Source: Anaerolineales bacterium (GTDB taxonomy: Bacteria; Chloroflexota; Anaerolineae; Anaerolineales; JBHHUI01). From it: a stretch of 64,000 nucleotides of DNA. The stretch is taken from NCBI GenBank assembly GCA_965248775.1, contig OZ252150.1:5473990-5537989 (forward strand), in the 5' to 3' direction. The position numbers and the translations under genes were made by a program. This document shows, in pieces, positions 19,885 to 29,634 of the stretch (positions within the stretch are counted from its first letter, which is position 1; the number at the start of each line of letters is the position of its first letter). The notes under the pieces are model-generated. The model was not told the origin of the DNA and did no database searches. It worked only from the letters and a program-made list of their open reading frames with translations.

Positions 19885-21315
19885 ATGCTCACACTCGCGC
19901 ACCTGATCGATGCCCTGACAGGTTACACGCTGGCCGGCGCGATGCAGGTGATCACCGATGCAGTGATCGACTCTCGGCTTGCCTCGCCTGGGGCCTTGTT
20001 CGTGGCATTGCCGGGGGAACGCATCGATGGGCACCTATTCCTGGACAAGGCGTTCGAACGCGGTGCAGCGGTCGCGCTGGTGCAGGAGGATGTCAGCGGT
20101 GAATTTGACGTTCTCGACTTACGCCAACCGCTTACGTTTGAACGCGCTGCGAGTTTACAAGCACCAATCTGTCTGCGGGTCGATGATAGTCTCATCGCTC
20201 TACAATCAGTTGCTCGCTACTGGCGGGCGCATTTGGATGTCCGTGTGGTCGGCATCACCGGCAGTGTGGGCAAGACCACCACAAAAGAGATTATCGCGGC
20301 CGTTCTCGGTCGACGGTACCGTACCTTAAAAAGCATAGGCAATCTCAATAACGAGATTGGCCTACCTATAAGTTTGCTTCGTCTCTCCGAAGCGCACGAA
20401 CGCGCTGTCCTGGAGATGGGCTTTTATACCGAAGGCGAAATCGCTTTTCTCTGTGATCTGGCACAACCGCAAATAGGCGTGATCACCAATGTCTATCCGG
20501 TGCATGTCGAGCGGGCCGGGAGTTTGGAGAATATCGTCCGGGGTAAAGGTGAATTGGTGGAAGCGTTGCCGGAGGCACCCGAGGGGGTAGCAATTTTGAA
20601 CGCGGATGAGCCAGATGTCCTCGGCATGGCATCTCGTACCCATGCTCGTGTGGTGACCTACGGCCTCACCTCCAAGGCAATGCTATGGGCATCAGATGTT
20701 GTGGGCTTGGGGTTGAATGGCATTCGGTTCCAGTTGCACTATCGCAACGAGACCTTGCATCTGACAGTACCCATGCTCGGACGGCATTCGGTGCACACGG
20801 CGTTGCGCGCCGCCGCAGTCGGGCTGGTTGAAGGGCTAGCGTGGCAAGAAATTGTGGAAGGCTTGCAAAGCCCGGAAGCGCAATCGCAGCTCCGCTTGTA
20901 CGCCGTCTCGGGGCCGAATGAAAGTCTGATTCTCGATGACAGCTACAACGCCTCGCCCGAGAGTACCGTAGCGGCTCTGAATTTGCTGGCCGAGATGGTC
21001 GCACAACGACGTATTGCAGTGCTTGGAGATATGCTCGAACTGGGTAATTACACCGCCGAAGGGCATCGCGTAGTAGGAGTGCGTGTCGCCGATGTGGCCG
21101 ATGTCTTGGTCACGGTGGGTGAGTTGGCCCACATGATCGCCGCGGAAGCCCGCAAACATGGCATGTCGGAAGAACACATTTTGGAATGTGGCGACCGTGC
21201 AACAGCCGAAGAGGCAATGCGGAAAATGATTCGTAAGGGAGATGTGGTGCTCGTGAAAGGCTCACGCGGCCTGCGGCTGGATTATCTAGTGCAAGCACTG
21301 GAGGACCACGAATGA
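19885..21315 (+). CDS. murF: UDP-N-acetylmuramoyl-tripeptide--D-alanyl-D-alanine ligase
   Basis: GITGSVGKTTTKE P-loop and the Mur ligase C-terminal domain. Confidence 0.9.
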   Translation: MLTLAHLIDALTGYTLAGAMQVITDAVIDSRLASPGALFVALPGERIDGHLFLDKAFERGAAVALVQEDVSGEFDVLDLRQPLTFERAASLQAPICLRVDDSLIALQSVARYWRAHLDVRVVGITGSVGKTTTKEIIAAVLGRRYRTLKSIGNLNNEIGLPISLLRLSEAHERAVLEMGFYTEGEIAFLCDLAQPQIGVITNVYPVHVERAGSLENIVRGKGELVEALPEAPEGVAILNADEPDVLGMASRTHARVVTYGLTSKAMLWASDVVGLGLNGIRFQLHYRNETLHLTVPMLGRHSVHTALRAAAVGLVEGLAWQEIVEGLQSPEAQSQLRLYAVSGPNESLILDDSYNASPESTVAALNLLAEMVAQRRIAVLGDMLELGNYTAEGHRVVGVRVADVADVLVTVGELAHMIAAEARKHGMSEEHILECGDRATAEEAMRKMIRKGDVVLVKGSRGLRLDYLVQALEDHE

Positions 21316-22331
21316 ATGGCGCTGACGCAACATTCGCCCTCACGCTTGCAAGCATTGCCTTTCTGATGACGGTTATCTGGGGCGGTCCGTTGCTGGAATT
21401 ACTGCGGCGTTACAAAATCGGGGAGAGCATTCGTATCGAGGGTCCGCAAACGCACTTTACGAAATTGGGCACACCCACAATGGGCGGCTTGCTCTTCATC
21501 TTGCCGGTGTTGCTTTTCACAGCGTTGCTCAATGTGGTGAATTTGGTGCGGCCGGTAACCGGACGTTCGATATTGCTCCCTTTGGCAGTGCTGGTTGCCA
21601 CTGGCGCGTTGGGTGCCTGGGACGATTGGATCGGTATTCGCAGGCGGCAGACCTCCAATGGAGTGAAGGGATTGCGCGGGCGCGACAAGTTTTTATTGCA
21701 AAGCGTAATCGCTGTAGGCGCTGCGCTGGTCCTGTTTTATGGGCTCAATGTTCACAGCCTGGCGTTGCCCGGGTATCCGCGCAAGATCGATTTGGGCATC
21801 GCATACATTCCACTAGCGGCGTTCATCATTGTGGCTTCCGCCAATGCGATGAACCTGACGGATGGGCTGGATGGGCTGGCTGGCCTGATTGCAGCGACTG
21901 CATTTGTTGCCTACGGACTGATTGCGTTGTTACAGGAGCAAGTATTTCTTGTGCGCTTTTGTTTCACGGTGGTTGGGACTTTATTCGCCTTCCTTTGGTA
22001 CAACGTCCACCCCGCGCAATTGTTTATGGGCGACACCGGCTCACTGGCACTAGGCGCGTTGTTGGGGGTAGTCGCGCTCATGACGGGGCAGTGGTTGCTA
22101 CTGGCAGTGATCGCGATTGTGCCGGTTGCAGAAACGCTCTCAACGATTATTCAAGTTGTGAGCGCACAGTTCAGTCGCCGCTTTCTGGGGCGCGACATGC
22201 GACCTTTCAAAATGAGTCCGCTCCACAATCATTTCGTTTTGTTGGGGTGGAGCGAGACTCAGATTGTACAGCGCTTCTGGTTGGTTTCATTACTGGCCGC
22301 GATGATCGGAATCGCACTGGCATTGTTGTAA
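21312..22331 (+). CDS. mraY: phospho-N-acetylmuramoyl-pentapeptide transferase
   Basis: 10-TM protein with NLTDGLDGLA and MGDTGSLALG motifs. ATGA overlap with murF. Confidence 0.93.
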   Translation: MNGADATFALTLASIAFLMTVIWGGPLLELLRRYKIGESIRIEGPQTHFTKLGTPTMGGLLFILPVLLFTALLNVVNLVRPVTGRSILLPLAVLVATGALGAWDDWIGIRRRQTSNGVKGLRGRDKFLLQSVIAVGAALVLFYGLNVHSLALPGYPRKIDLGIAYIPLAAFIIVASANAMNLTDGLDGLAGLIAATAFVAYGLIALLQEQVFLVRFCFTVVGTLFAFLWYNVHPAQLFMGDTGSLALGALLGVVALMTGQWLLLAVIAIVPVAETLSTIIQVVSAQFSRRFLGRDMRPFKMSPLHNHFVLLGWSETQIVQRFWLVSLLAAMIGIALALL

Positions 22332-22385
22332 GTAATTTGCGGATGGATATTGAGATAAATCACTCGCATACTAAGGGGAAACATC

Positions 22386-22661
22386 ATGCAGGTCGGGCTT
22401 CTCTGGTTCGACGACGATAAAAAGAAAACGCTGGAAGAAAAAGTGCAGCGAGCGGTAACGCACTATCTCCAGAAATTTGGTCAGCGTCCCTCGGTTTGTT
22501 ATCTGAACCCGGTGACGATGAACGGGGGCCCGGAGGACGTCTCGGGTGTGCAATTGCGCACCGCCAAGAATGTTCTCATGCATCACTTCTGGATCGGGTT
22601 GGAGGAAAGCGCCGAGGGCGTGAATGGCAAAACCCGCTCCAATGGAGCTGTCAAGAAATGA
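22386..22661 (+). CDS. hypothetical 91-aa soluble protein embedded in the dcw operon
   Basis: AAGGGGA SD 7 nt before the ATG. It is co-directional and fills the mraY-murD gap. I recognised no TM segment and no family. Confidence 0.55.
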   Translation: MQVGLLWFDDDKKKTLEEKVQRAVTHYLQKFGQRPSVCYLNPVTMNGGPEDVSGVQLRTAKNVLMHHFWIGLEESAEGVNGKTRSNGAVKK

Positions 22662-22689
22662 TTGAGGAATGCGGAGACCAGGCTGAACG

Positions 22690-24186
22690 ATGGACAATCC
22701 GATTTCGAAGATGCAAGCCTCGGAATCCGCTGTCATTCTCGGGCTGGGTAGACAAGGCACAGCACTTGCACGCTACCTGGCGAATCAGGGAACGCACGTT
22801 CGCGTAAGCGATCTTCGTTCCAAAGCGGAGCTGGCGGATGTGATAGCCAGCCTAGCAGACTTAACAATCGAATATGTGCTTGGCAAGCACCCAGAATCTT
22901 TACTCACCAGCCCCGGCACTCTGTATATCTCAGGGGGTGTGCCGGCAGACGCGCCGCTCGTTGAGGAAGCACGGCTGCAAGGCATTCGTATCTCGAATGA
23001 CTCGCAGCTGTTCCTCGACAAAGCGTCGTGTAGCGTTATCGGCGTAACCGGATCCGCGGGCAAGACTACAACAACCGCGCTGCTCGGTCGAATGGGGGTG
23101 GCCTCCGGACGCGCCGGTGAAACCTGGGTTGGTGGCAACATCGGCAATCCGTTGCTGACTGACTTAGAAAGAATGCAGCCCCGGGACCTGGCCGTGATGG
23201 AACTCTCCAGCTTTCAATTGGAGATCATGACGACTAGCCCGACGACTGCAGCTGTACTGAACGTGACGCCGAATCATCTCGATCGGCACGGCTCGATGGA
23301 GTTTTATACCTCCGCCAAAGCTCGTATTCTGGACTTTCAGAACGAGCAAGATAAAGCTGTGCTCGGTTGGGATGACCCTGTCGCCCGGTCGTTCGCAGAG
23401 CGTGTACGGGGAGAGTTGTGGTGGTTCAGTGCTAAAAACGACGGGAGTTTTTTGCAAGGGTGCTGCCTGAAGGGCAAGGAGATCATTCTGCGCAGAGAGG
23501 CTACTGAAGTTGTCGTTGCGACGACGGACGACATCCGCCTGCGGGGGACGCACAACGTGCTCAATGTGCTGGCGGCGTGCACAATTGCTGCTGCCGAGGG
23601 CATCGAGCCGGAAGCAATGCGAAGCGGAATCCGCTTGTTTGCAGGCGTTCCGCATCGACTCGAAGTTGTACGCGAGTCGCGCAATGTCACCTGGGTGAAC
23701 GACTCCATTGCCACAGCGCCAGAGCGGAGTCGGGCGGCAGTCCTGTCGTTTGATGAGCCGCTGGTGCTGTTGCTGGGGGGGCGCGATAAAGAGCTCCCTT
23801 GGGAGACGCTGGCTCTTGTAGTCGGCGAACATGTCAGGCACGTGATTTTCTTTGGCGAAGCAGCCGAGCTGATCGAAAACAGCTTTCGGCAGATCTTCGC
23901 CAGGGAGGGGAAAACCTCTCCCGAACCTGTTTTGGTGGATGAGGGATCAGGAAAACTTATAAACATCGAGGGCTCAACTGCCGGGGAAGCAAATGAGCAT
24001 CCTGATCCCTTTCCCTTTTCAATGTATCGGGCCGAGAGCATGATTGCGGCTGTGGGTGTCGCTGCAAGAGTGGCACAGGCAGGTGATGTGGTCCTACTCT
24101 CGCCCGGATGTACGAGTTTTGATGAGTTTGTTGATTTTGAAGCACGCGGTGAAGAGTTTCGTCGGCTGGTAATAGATTTGGATTAA
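22690..24186 (+). CDS. murD: UDP-N-acetylmuramoylalanine--D-glutamate ligase
   Basis: GVTGSAGKTTTT P-loop and an N-terminal Rossmann GLGRQG. Confidence 0.9.
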   Translation: MDNPISKMQASESAVILGLGRQGTALARYLANQGTHVRVSDLRSKAELADVIASLADLTIEYVLGKHPESLLTSPGTLYISGGVPADAPLVEEARLQGIRISNDSQLFLDKASCSVIGVTGSAGKTTTTALLGRMGVASGRAGETWVGGNIGNPLLTDLERMQPRDLAVMELSSFQLEIMTTSPTTAAVLNVTPNHLDRHGSMEFYTSAKARILDFQNEQDKAVLGWDDPVARSFAERVRGELWWFSAKNDGSFLQGCCLKGKEIILRREATEVVVATTDDIRLRGTHNVLNVLAACTIAAAEGIEPEAMRSGIRLFAGVPHRLEVVRESRNVTWVNDSIATAPERSRAAVLSFDEPLVLLLGGRDKELPWETLALVVGEHVRHVIFFGEAAELIENSFRQIFAREGKTSPEPVLVDEGSGKLINIEGSTAGEANEHPDPFPFSMYRAESMIAAVGVAARVAQAGDVVLLSPGCTSFDEFVDFEARGEEFRRLVIDLD

Positions 24187-24202
24187 TGTGTAGCAGGAAT
24201 AT

Positions 24203-25417
24203 ATGGCCGTAGCAGAACAGAGCGCAAATAGAATATCTATAAAAGGACGTCCTGTTACTTTCGATTGGATGCTGCTGCTCACCACAGGTGCTCTGATTGC
24301 GTTCGGGCTGATGATGGTCTATTCAACCACGTTCGACTGGTCGTATCGGGATTTTGGATCACCTACAACGATCTTCATGAGGCAAGTCCAATCACTAGCG
24401 ATTGGCTTGGTCGTCTTGGCCGTTCTCGCTCGTATTGATTACCATCGCTGGGAGCATCCAGTCATCGCGCTAGCGATAATCGTTGGCACAGTGCTCGTAT
24501 TAGTAGCAGTGCTGGCGTTCGGCTCAACTATATTTGGTGCTCGGCGCGGTTTTATCGGCGGGCGTTATCAGCCCTCCGAGTTGGCCAAACTCGCGACGAT
24601 TATCTATCTGAGCGTTTGGCTCTCTTCCAAGCGAGACCAGTTGCATCATTTCGGCTACGGCATGTTGCCGTTCGGCATTATTGTCGGCGTGGTTGTTGGG
24701 TTAATCACAGCGCAGCCAGACCTCAGTGCTGCGCTCACAATTATGCTGGTTGGCGGCACTCTATTCCTGCTTGCAGGAGCGGAAATGATGCAGATCGGAA
24801 TGGTGGCCGCGATCAGTGGTCTCGCGGGCTACACAGTCGTGCTGTTCTCGGAGACGGGTCGTGCAAGACTCGCGGATTACGTCAGTGGTCTGAACGATCT
24901 CACAGAGACGTCCTGGCATGTCCAACAGGCGATTGTCGCATTTGTAAATGGTGGTTGGTTTGGCCGAGGCCTCGGGGAGAGTTATCAAAAATTCAATATT
25001 TTGCCGACGCCACACACAGACAGTGTTTTCGCCATTGTGGCCGAGGAACTGGGCTTGTTCGGAAGTTTGCTGCTCATCCTTTTATTTGTCGTACTGATCT
25101 GGCGCGGCATTAAGATTGCCAACAACGCACCGGATTTGTTCGGCGCGTTGTTGGCTGGCGGTCTGACGTGCTGGGTAGCCTACGAAGCGATTATCAATAT
25201 TGGTGTGATGGTGGCTGCCCTGCCGTTTGCAGGGAACGCCTTACCATTCATAAGTTTCGGGGGGTCCTCGCTGGTTATCACATTAGCGGCAATCGGATTG
25301 CTGCTGAGCATTTCTAGATACGATGCAACCTTACGACCCGAACGTAAAACGCGGGCATCGGTAGATTTTCGACCGCGTGCAAAGAACGGGCGTCGACCGA
25401 TGGCGCGGCGTCGCTGA
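24203..25417 (+). CDS. ftsW: SEDS-family peptidoglycan glycosyltransferase FtsW
   Basis: About 10 TM with QPSELAKL, PHTDSVFA and FISFGGSS motifs. Confidence 0.9.
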   Translation: MAVAEQSANRISIKGRPVTFDWMLLLTTGALIAFGLMMVYSTTFDWSYRDFGSPTTIFMRQVQSLAIGLVVLAVLARIDYHRWEHPVIALAIIVGTVLVLVAVLAFGSTIFGARRGFIGGRYQPSELAKLATIIYLSVWLSSKRDQLHHFGYGMLPFGIIVGVVVGLITAQPDLSAALTIMLVGGTLFLLAGAEMMQIGMVAAISGLAGYTVVLFSETGRARLADYVSGLNDLTETSWHVQQAIVAFVNGGWFGRGLGESYQKFNILPTPHTDSVFAIVAEELGLFGSLLLILLFVVLIWRGIKIANNAPDLFGALLAGGLTCWVAYEAIINIGVMVAALPFAGNALPFISFGGSSLVITLAAIGLLLSISRYDATLRPERKTRASVDFRPRAKNGRRPMARRR

Positions 25418-25431
25418 CCTAACCGTCGGCG

Positions 25432-26562
25432 ATGCGCTTGTTGATCGCTGCCGGCGGCACCGGTGGCGGCGTGTATCCGGCGCTGGCAACGGTCAGCGCA
25501 TTGCAAAAGAGGTCCCAATCGGAGGGGCGTCTGACGGTGCAATGGGTTGGGACGCAACAAGGGATGGAGGCCGACCTGGTACAACGGGCCGAACTGCATT
25601 TTGTGGCCATCCCGGGTGGGGCAGTTGTTGGCGTTGGGCCTATCCGCGCAGTACGGAACTTGTTCCGGCTTCTTGGCGGCCTCCGGCAGGGGCTCAAAAT
25701 TGTTAGCGCCTTCCGGCCGGACGTGGTTCTGGTAACGGGTGGTTATACCGCAGTGGCGCTGGCGATTGTTGCCCGCGTGCGCGGAATCCCGCTCGCGGTG
25801 TATCTGCCGGACATTGAGCCGGGCCGGGCTGTCCGGTTTGTCGCCCGATTATCAACGAAGGTATTGGTGACAGCGGAAGATTCGCGGAGGTATTTGCCGG
25901 CCTCGCGAGTGGTTGTGACCGGGTATCCGGTGCGGCCAGAATTGGTGCAGGCTGCACATGTGCCAGTAGCAGAGGCGCGTGTACATTTTGGATTGGCAGC
26001 GCACATACAAACTGTGCTGGTGTTTGGGGGGAGTCGCGGCGCGCGCAGCTTGAATAATGCGTTGCTTGCCGGACTGCCGGAATTGCTCGCTGATTTGGAA
26101 GTGCAAGTAATCCATGTTAGCGGAACGCTCGATTGGCCGTATGTCGAACGTCGGGCGAAGGAATTGCCAGGGGGGATACAAGAGCGATACAGGGTATATC
26201 CATACTTGCACGAGGAGATGGGCCTGGCAATGGCCGCAGCGGATGTGGCTGTTTCCAGAGCAGGCGCTGCGAGTCTCGGCGAATTACCCATATTTGGACT
26301 TGTTGCAATACTTGTGCCTTATCCACATGCGTGGCGATATCAGAAAGTGAATGCAGACACACTACAAACTCAGGGCGCTGCCCTCCGCATTAATGATGAG
26401 GACCTACATGCTGAATTGGTCCCAACCTTGCGTGCGCTTCTTGCCGATGAAGAACGCCTGGCTGCGATTCAAGAGTCTTCGCGAGCGCTTGCAACACCGC
26501 AGGCAGCCGCGCGCCTCGCAGAGGAATTGCTGCAATTGGCTGGGGAGGCTTCCCCGCCATGA
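25432..26562 (+). CDS. murG: undecaprenyldiphospho-muramoylpentapeptide beta-N-acetylglucosaminyltransferase
   Basis: AAGGTGGGVYPALA N-terminus and GT28 architecture. Confidence 0.92.
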   Translation: MRLLIAAGGTGGGVYPALATVSALQKRSQSEGRLTVQWVGTQQGMEADLVQRAELHFVAIPGGAVVGVGPIRAVRNLFRLLGGLRQGLKIVSAFRPDVVLVTGGYTAVALAIVARVRGIPLAVYLPDIEPGRAVRFVARLSTKVLVTAEDSRRYLPASRVVVTGYPVRPELVQAAHVPVAEARVHFGLAAHIQTVLVFGGSRGARSLNNALLAGLPELLADLEVQVIHVSGTLDWPYVERRAKELPGGIQERYRVYPYLHEEMGLAMAAADVAVSRAGAASLGELPIFGLVAILVPYPHAWRYQKVNADTLQTQGAALRINDEDLHAELVPTLRALLADEERLAAIQESSRALATPQAAARLAEELLQLAGEASPP

Positions 26563-27083
26563 TGGCGCTCAACGTGGCTTTCCTGATGTATTTGAGTATC
26601 TTCGGCGTCGTGGGCGGTATGCGCGGTTGGGCGAAGGAAATTCTGGTGCTGTTCAGCATGGTGCTGGCCTTGTTTCTGAACACCATCATCGTGCAGTTTG
26701 TGCCCGGAGTGGAAGATACACTCGCGGCTCAGGCGCAACGTTCGCAGTTGTTCGTGCGCGGCGCGTTTTTTCTTTTGTTGGCCTTTTTCGGGTACGAGTC
26801 ACCCGCGCTCTCATCGGTGCTCGGTGGCAAAGCCCGGCGCGAACGATTGCAGGACACGATGCTTGGCATCGTGCTCGGACTGGTGAATGGCTATTTACTG
26901 ATAGGGACGCTCTGGTATTACATGGACGTGGCGCAGTATCCTTTCGCCGGCATCACTCCACCGGAATTAGGCTCGCAGGCGGAGAACTATCTGAGATTTT
27001 TACCGCCGGCCCTCATCGGCGTGCCACATATCTATTTCGCAGTTGGGCTGGCATTCGTATTTGTCATCGTGGTGTTTATATGA
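26559..27083 (+). CDS. CvpA-like small integral membrane protein
   Basis: Four predicted TM segments and an N-terminus ...FGVVGGMRGWAKEILVLFSMVLALF resembling the CvpA family. ATGA overlap with the murG stop. Confidence 0.55.
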   Translation: MMALNVAFLMYLSIFGVVGGMRGWAKEILVLFSMVLALFLNTIIVQFVPGVEDTLAAQAQRSQLFVRGAFFLLLAFFGYESPALSSVLGGKARRERLQDTMLGIVLGLVNGYLLIGTLWYYMDVAQYPFAGITPPELGSQAENYLRFLPPALIGVPHIYFAVGLAFVFVIVVFI

Positions 27084-27150
27084 AGGCATATAACCCTTGG
27101 CACATGGCCAATAGAAAATTTCTTACGGCAAATGTCATGGGCGATCAGCG

Positions 27151-28524
27151 ATGAAAGTCCATTTCGTAGGTATCGGCGGGGCGGGTCTTTCTGCGATTGC
27201 AACTGTGCTGCTCGAACGCGGGCACAACGTAAGCGGTTCTGACATACAGGCCTCAGAATTCACTTCCCGCCTGGAAAAAGCCGGAGCGAAGGTATCGATA
27301 GGCCATCGGGCCGAAAACATTGCGGGCGCCGAACTTGTAGTCATTTCATCGGCCATCCCGACGGACAACCCGGAAGTGCAGGCCGCGCAAGCTGCCTTCA
27401 TTCCAGTAATGAAGCGGCATCAATATCTCGGGCAACTGATGGTCAGCCACAAAGGTATTGCAGTAGCCGGGACGCATGGCAAGACCACTACCTCGGCCCT
27501 GCTCGCCTACACTTTGGCGCACGCTGGTAAAGACCCGAGCTTTATTGTCGGGGGGGTATTGGCTGATCTTGATACGAATGCCCGACATGGCGACGGCGAA
27601 TATTTCGTTATCGAGGCCGATGAGTACGACCGAATGTTCCTTGGCTTGAATCCTACTGTCGCGATTGTAACGAACGTCGAACACGATCACCCGGATGATT
27701 ATCCAACACATGCCGATATGACAGCGGCCTTCGACGATTTTGCCCAACGAATCGCCCCGGACGGCTGCTTGATTGTGTGTGCGGATGATGAGACGGCTGC
27801 GCACATCGGCGTAGCGGCGCAGGGACGCAGACAGCGCGTTCTGACCTATGCACTCGGTGCTGCAGCGGAATGGCGCGCCGAGGAATTGCAGACCAATGGT
27901 GCTGGCGGACACGATTTCCTGGTCGTCCACGCTGAGGAGACGCTTGGGCTGGCACGGATTCGTCTTCCGGGAGAGCACAATGTATCCAATGCACTCGCTG
28001 TCCTGGCCGCGTTGGATTTCCTTGGAATTCCATTCGACGTAGCGCTGGAAGGCTTGCGCGATTTTCGGGGCGTTGGGCGACGATTCGAAGTCAAGGGTGA
28101 AGTGGCGGGCGTTACTGTGGTTGACGATTACGCACATCATCCCACCGAGATTCGCGCCACGCTGGCCGGTGCGCGCCGACGATATCCGGGTCGAGCCATC
28201 TGGGCTATGTTTCAACCGCACACATTCAGCCGAACCCAGGCGCTGTTGATGAATTTTGCAGCTAGTTTTGACGATGCCGACCATGTATTAGTAACGGAGA
28301 TTTTCGCATCACGTGAGTCGGATATTGGCGCGATTAAGGCGCAAGACTTGGTGGCCGCGATGGATCACAACGATGCAAAGTTTGTGGCCGGCTTACCGCA
28401 GGTAGCCAACTTTCTCTCCGAACAACTCCGTTCGGGTGACGTGCTGATCACGCTCGGCGCCGGCGACAGCCATACAGTTGCAGATGCGGTTGTGCGAAGT
28501 CTTCAAAGCCGGGTGCTAAATTGA
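27151..28524 (+). CDS. murC: UDP-N-acetylmuramate--L-alanine ligase
   Basis: HFVGIGGAGLSAIA and VAGTHGKTTTSA motifs. Confidence 0.92.
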   Translation: MKVHFVGIGGAGLSAIATVLLERGHNVSGSDIQASEFTSRLEKAGAKVSIGHRAENIAGAELVVISSAIPTDNPEVQAAQAAFIPVMKRHQYLGQLMVSHKGIAVAGTHGKTTTSALLAYTLAHAGKDPSFIVGGVLADLDTNARHGDGEYFVIEADEYDRMFLGLNPTVAIVTNVEHDHPDDYPTHADMTAAFDDFAQRIAPDGCLIVCADDETAAHIGVAAQGRRQRVLTYALGAAAEWRAEELQTNGAGGHDFLVVHAEETLGLARIRLPGEHNVSNALAVLAALDFLGIPFDVALEGLRDFRGVGRRFEVKGEVAGVTVVDDYAHHPTEIRATLAGARRRYPGRAIWAMFQPHTFSRTQALLMNFAASFDDADHVLVTEIFASRESDIGAIKAQDLVAAMDHNDAKFVAGLPQVANFLSEQLRSGDVLITLGAGDSHTVADAVVRSLQSRVLN

Positions 28525-28534
28525 GCGAGGCAGA

Positions 28535-29542
28535 ATGCGAAGCTCGTATCTCGTGACGCAATCTTTGCAAGATGAATTTATCTATCATGCGACGCGCAAA
28601 GCCATGACAGGCATCCGCCCGGCAACGCTCGCACGTGTGCGCGCCGTATTAGGGTCCCGCCTGCGAGAGGGTGAACGGCTGGATCGCTACACATCTGCAC
28701 GCATCGGCGGCCCGGCTGATTTCTTTGTGACGGCATTTTCTACCGAGGAACTTGTTCAAGCGGCGCAGGCGGCCTGGGAGCAGCAGCTTGATCTTCTTGT
28801 GCTTGGAGCTGGTTCAAATTTGCTCGTTTCTGACAGAGGTTTCCGTGGAATGGTGATCCATAACCGCGCCCGAGAAGTGAAATTTCGGGAGGTAGTCGAC
28901 AGCTTCATAGTGCGTGCTGAATCAGGAATGTCGCTACCGACACTGGCACGCATGTGCGTTTTACGGGGCGCAGCCGGTTTGGAATGGGCAGCCACTGTGC
29001 CCGGTTCGGTGGGGGGCGCTGTTGTGGGGAACGCTGGAGCACACGGCGCAGATACGGCGGCTGTACTACGGGTGGCAGATATCTTGCAACATAAGGGCAA
29101 TATTCAGAAGTTGACGGCAGAAGACCTTTCTTTGAGCTATCGGAGTAGTCGCATCAAAGCAGCGCCGGGCAAATCTGTCGTACTGGCGGCCGAATTCGGA
29201 CTCGAGCGCGGCGACCCCGATATGTTGCAGAGTAAGGTCGAAACCTTTCAGCGCTATCGGAAGCAGACACAGCCCTCCGGTGCGAGTATCGGCTCCATGT
29301 TTCGTAATCCGCCAAATGATTACGCCGGTAGGCTGGTTGAGAGTGTTGGGTTGAAAGGCGCTCGCGTTGGGGGGGCAGAGATTTCAACTCTACATGCCAA
29401 CTTCTTTGTTAATAAATCCGGCGCGAGGGCGTCAGATGTTTACAAGCTTATTGATCTCGCCCGGGAGCGTGTGCAGCGGGAGACGGGAGTCGAACTAGAA
29501 CTGGAAATCGAGTTAGTTGGAGATTGGGGAGGTGCGTGCTAA
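28535..29542 (+). CDS. murB: UDP-N-acetylenolpyruvoylglucosamine reductase
   Basis: FAD-binding RIGGPADFF, GAGSNLLV and the C-terminal MurB domain. The true start may be ATG 28607. Confidence 0.88.
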   Translation: MRSSYLVTQSLQDEFIYHATRKAMTGIRPATLARVRAVLGSRLREGERLDRYTSARIGGPADFFVTAFSTEELVQAAQAAWEQQLDLLVLGAGSNLLVSDRGFRGMVIHNRAREVKFREVVDSFIVRAESGMSLPTLARMCVLRGAAGLEWAATVPGSVGGAVVGNAGAHGADTAAVLRVADILQHKGNIQKLTAEDLSLSYRSSRIKAAPGKSVVLAAEFGLERGDPDMLQSKVETFQRYRKQTQPSGASIGSMFRNPPNDYAGRLVESVGLKGARVGGAEISTLHANFFVNKSGARASDVYKLIDLARERVQRETGVELELEIELVGDWGGAC

Positions 29543-29634
29543 GTGCTCTCTCCCAGGTGTCGCGTATCACGTCAGCTTCATTGCGCCCCACGTGACACAT
29601 GGCATCTGGAAGAAGGCACCTGGCATACCAGCAG

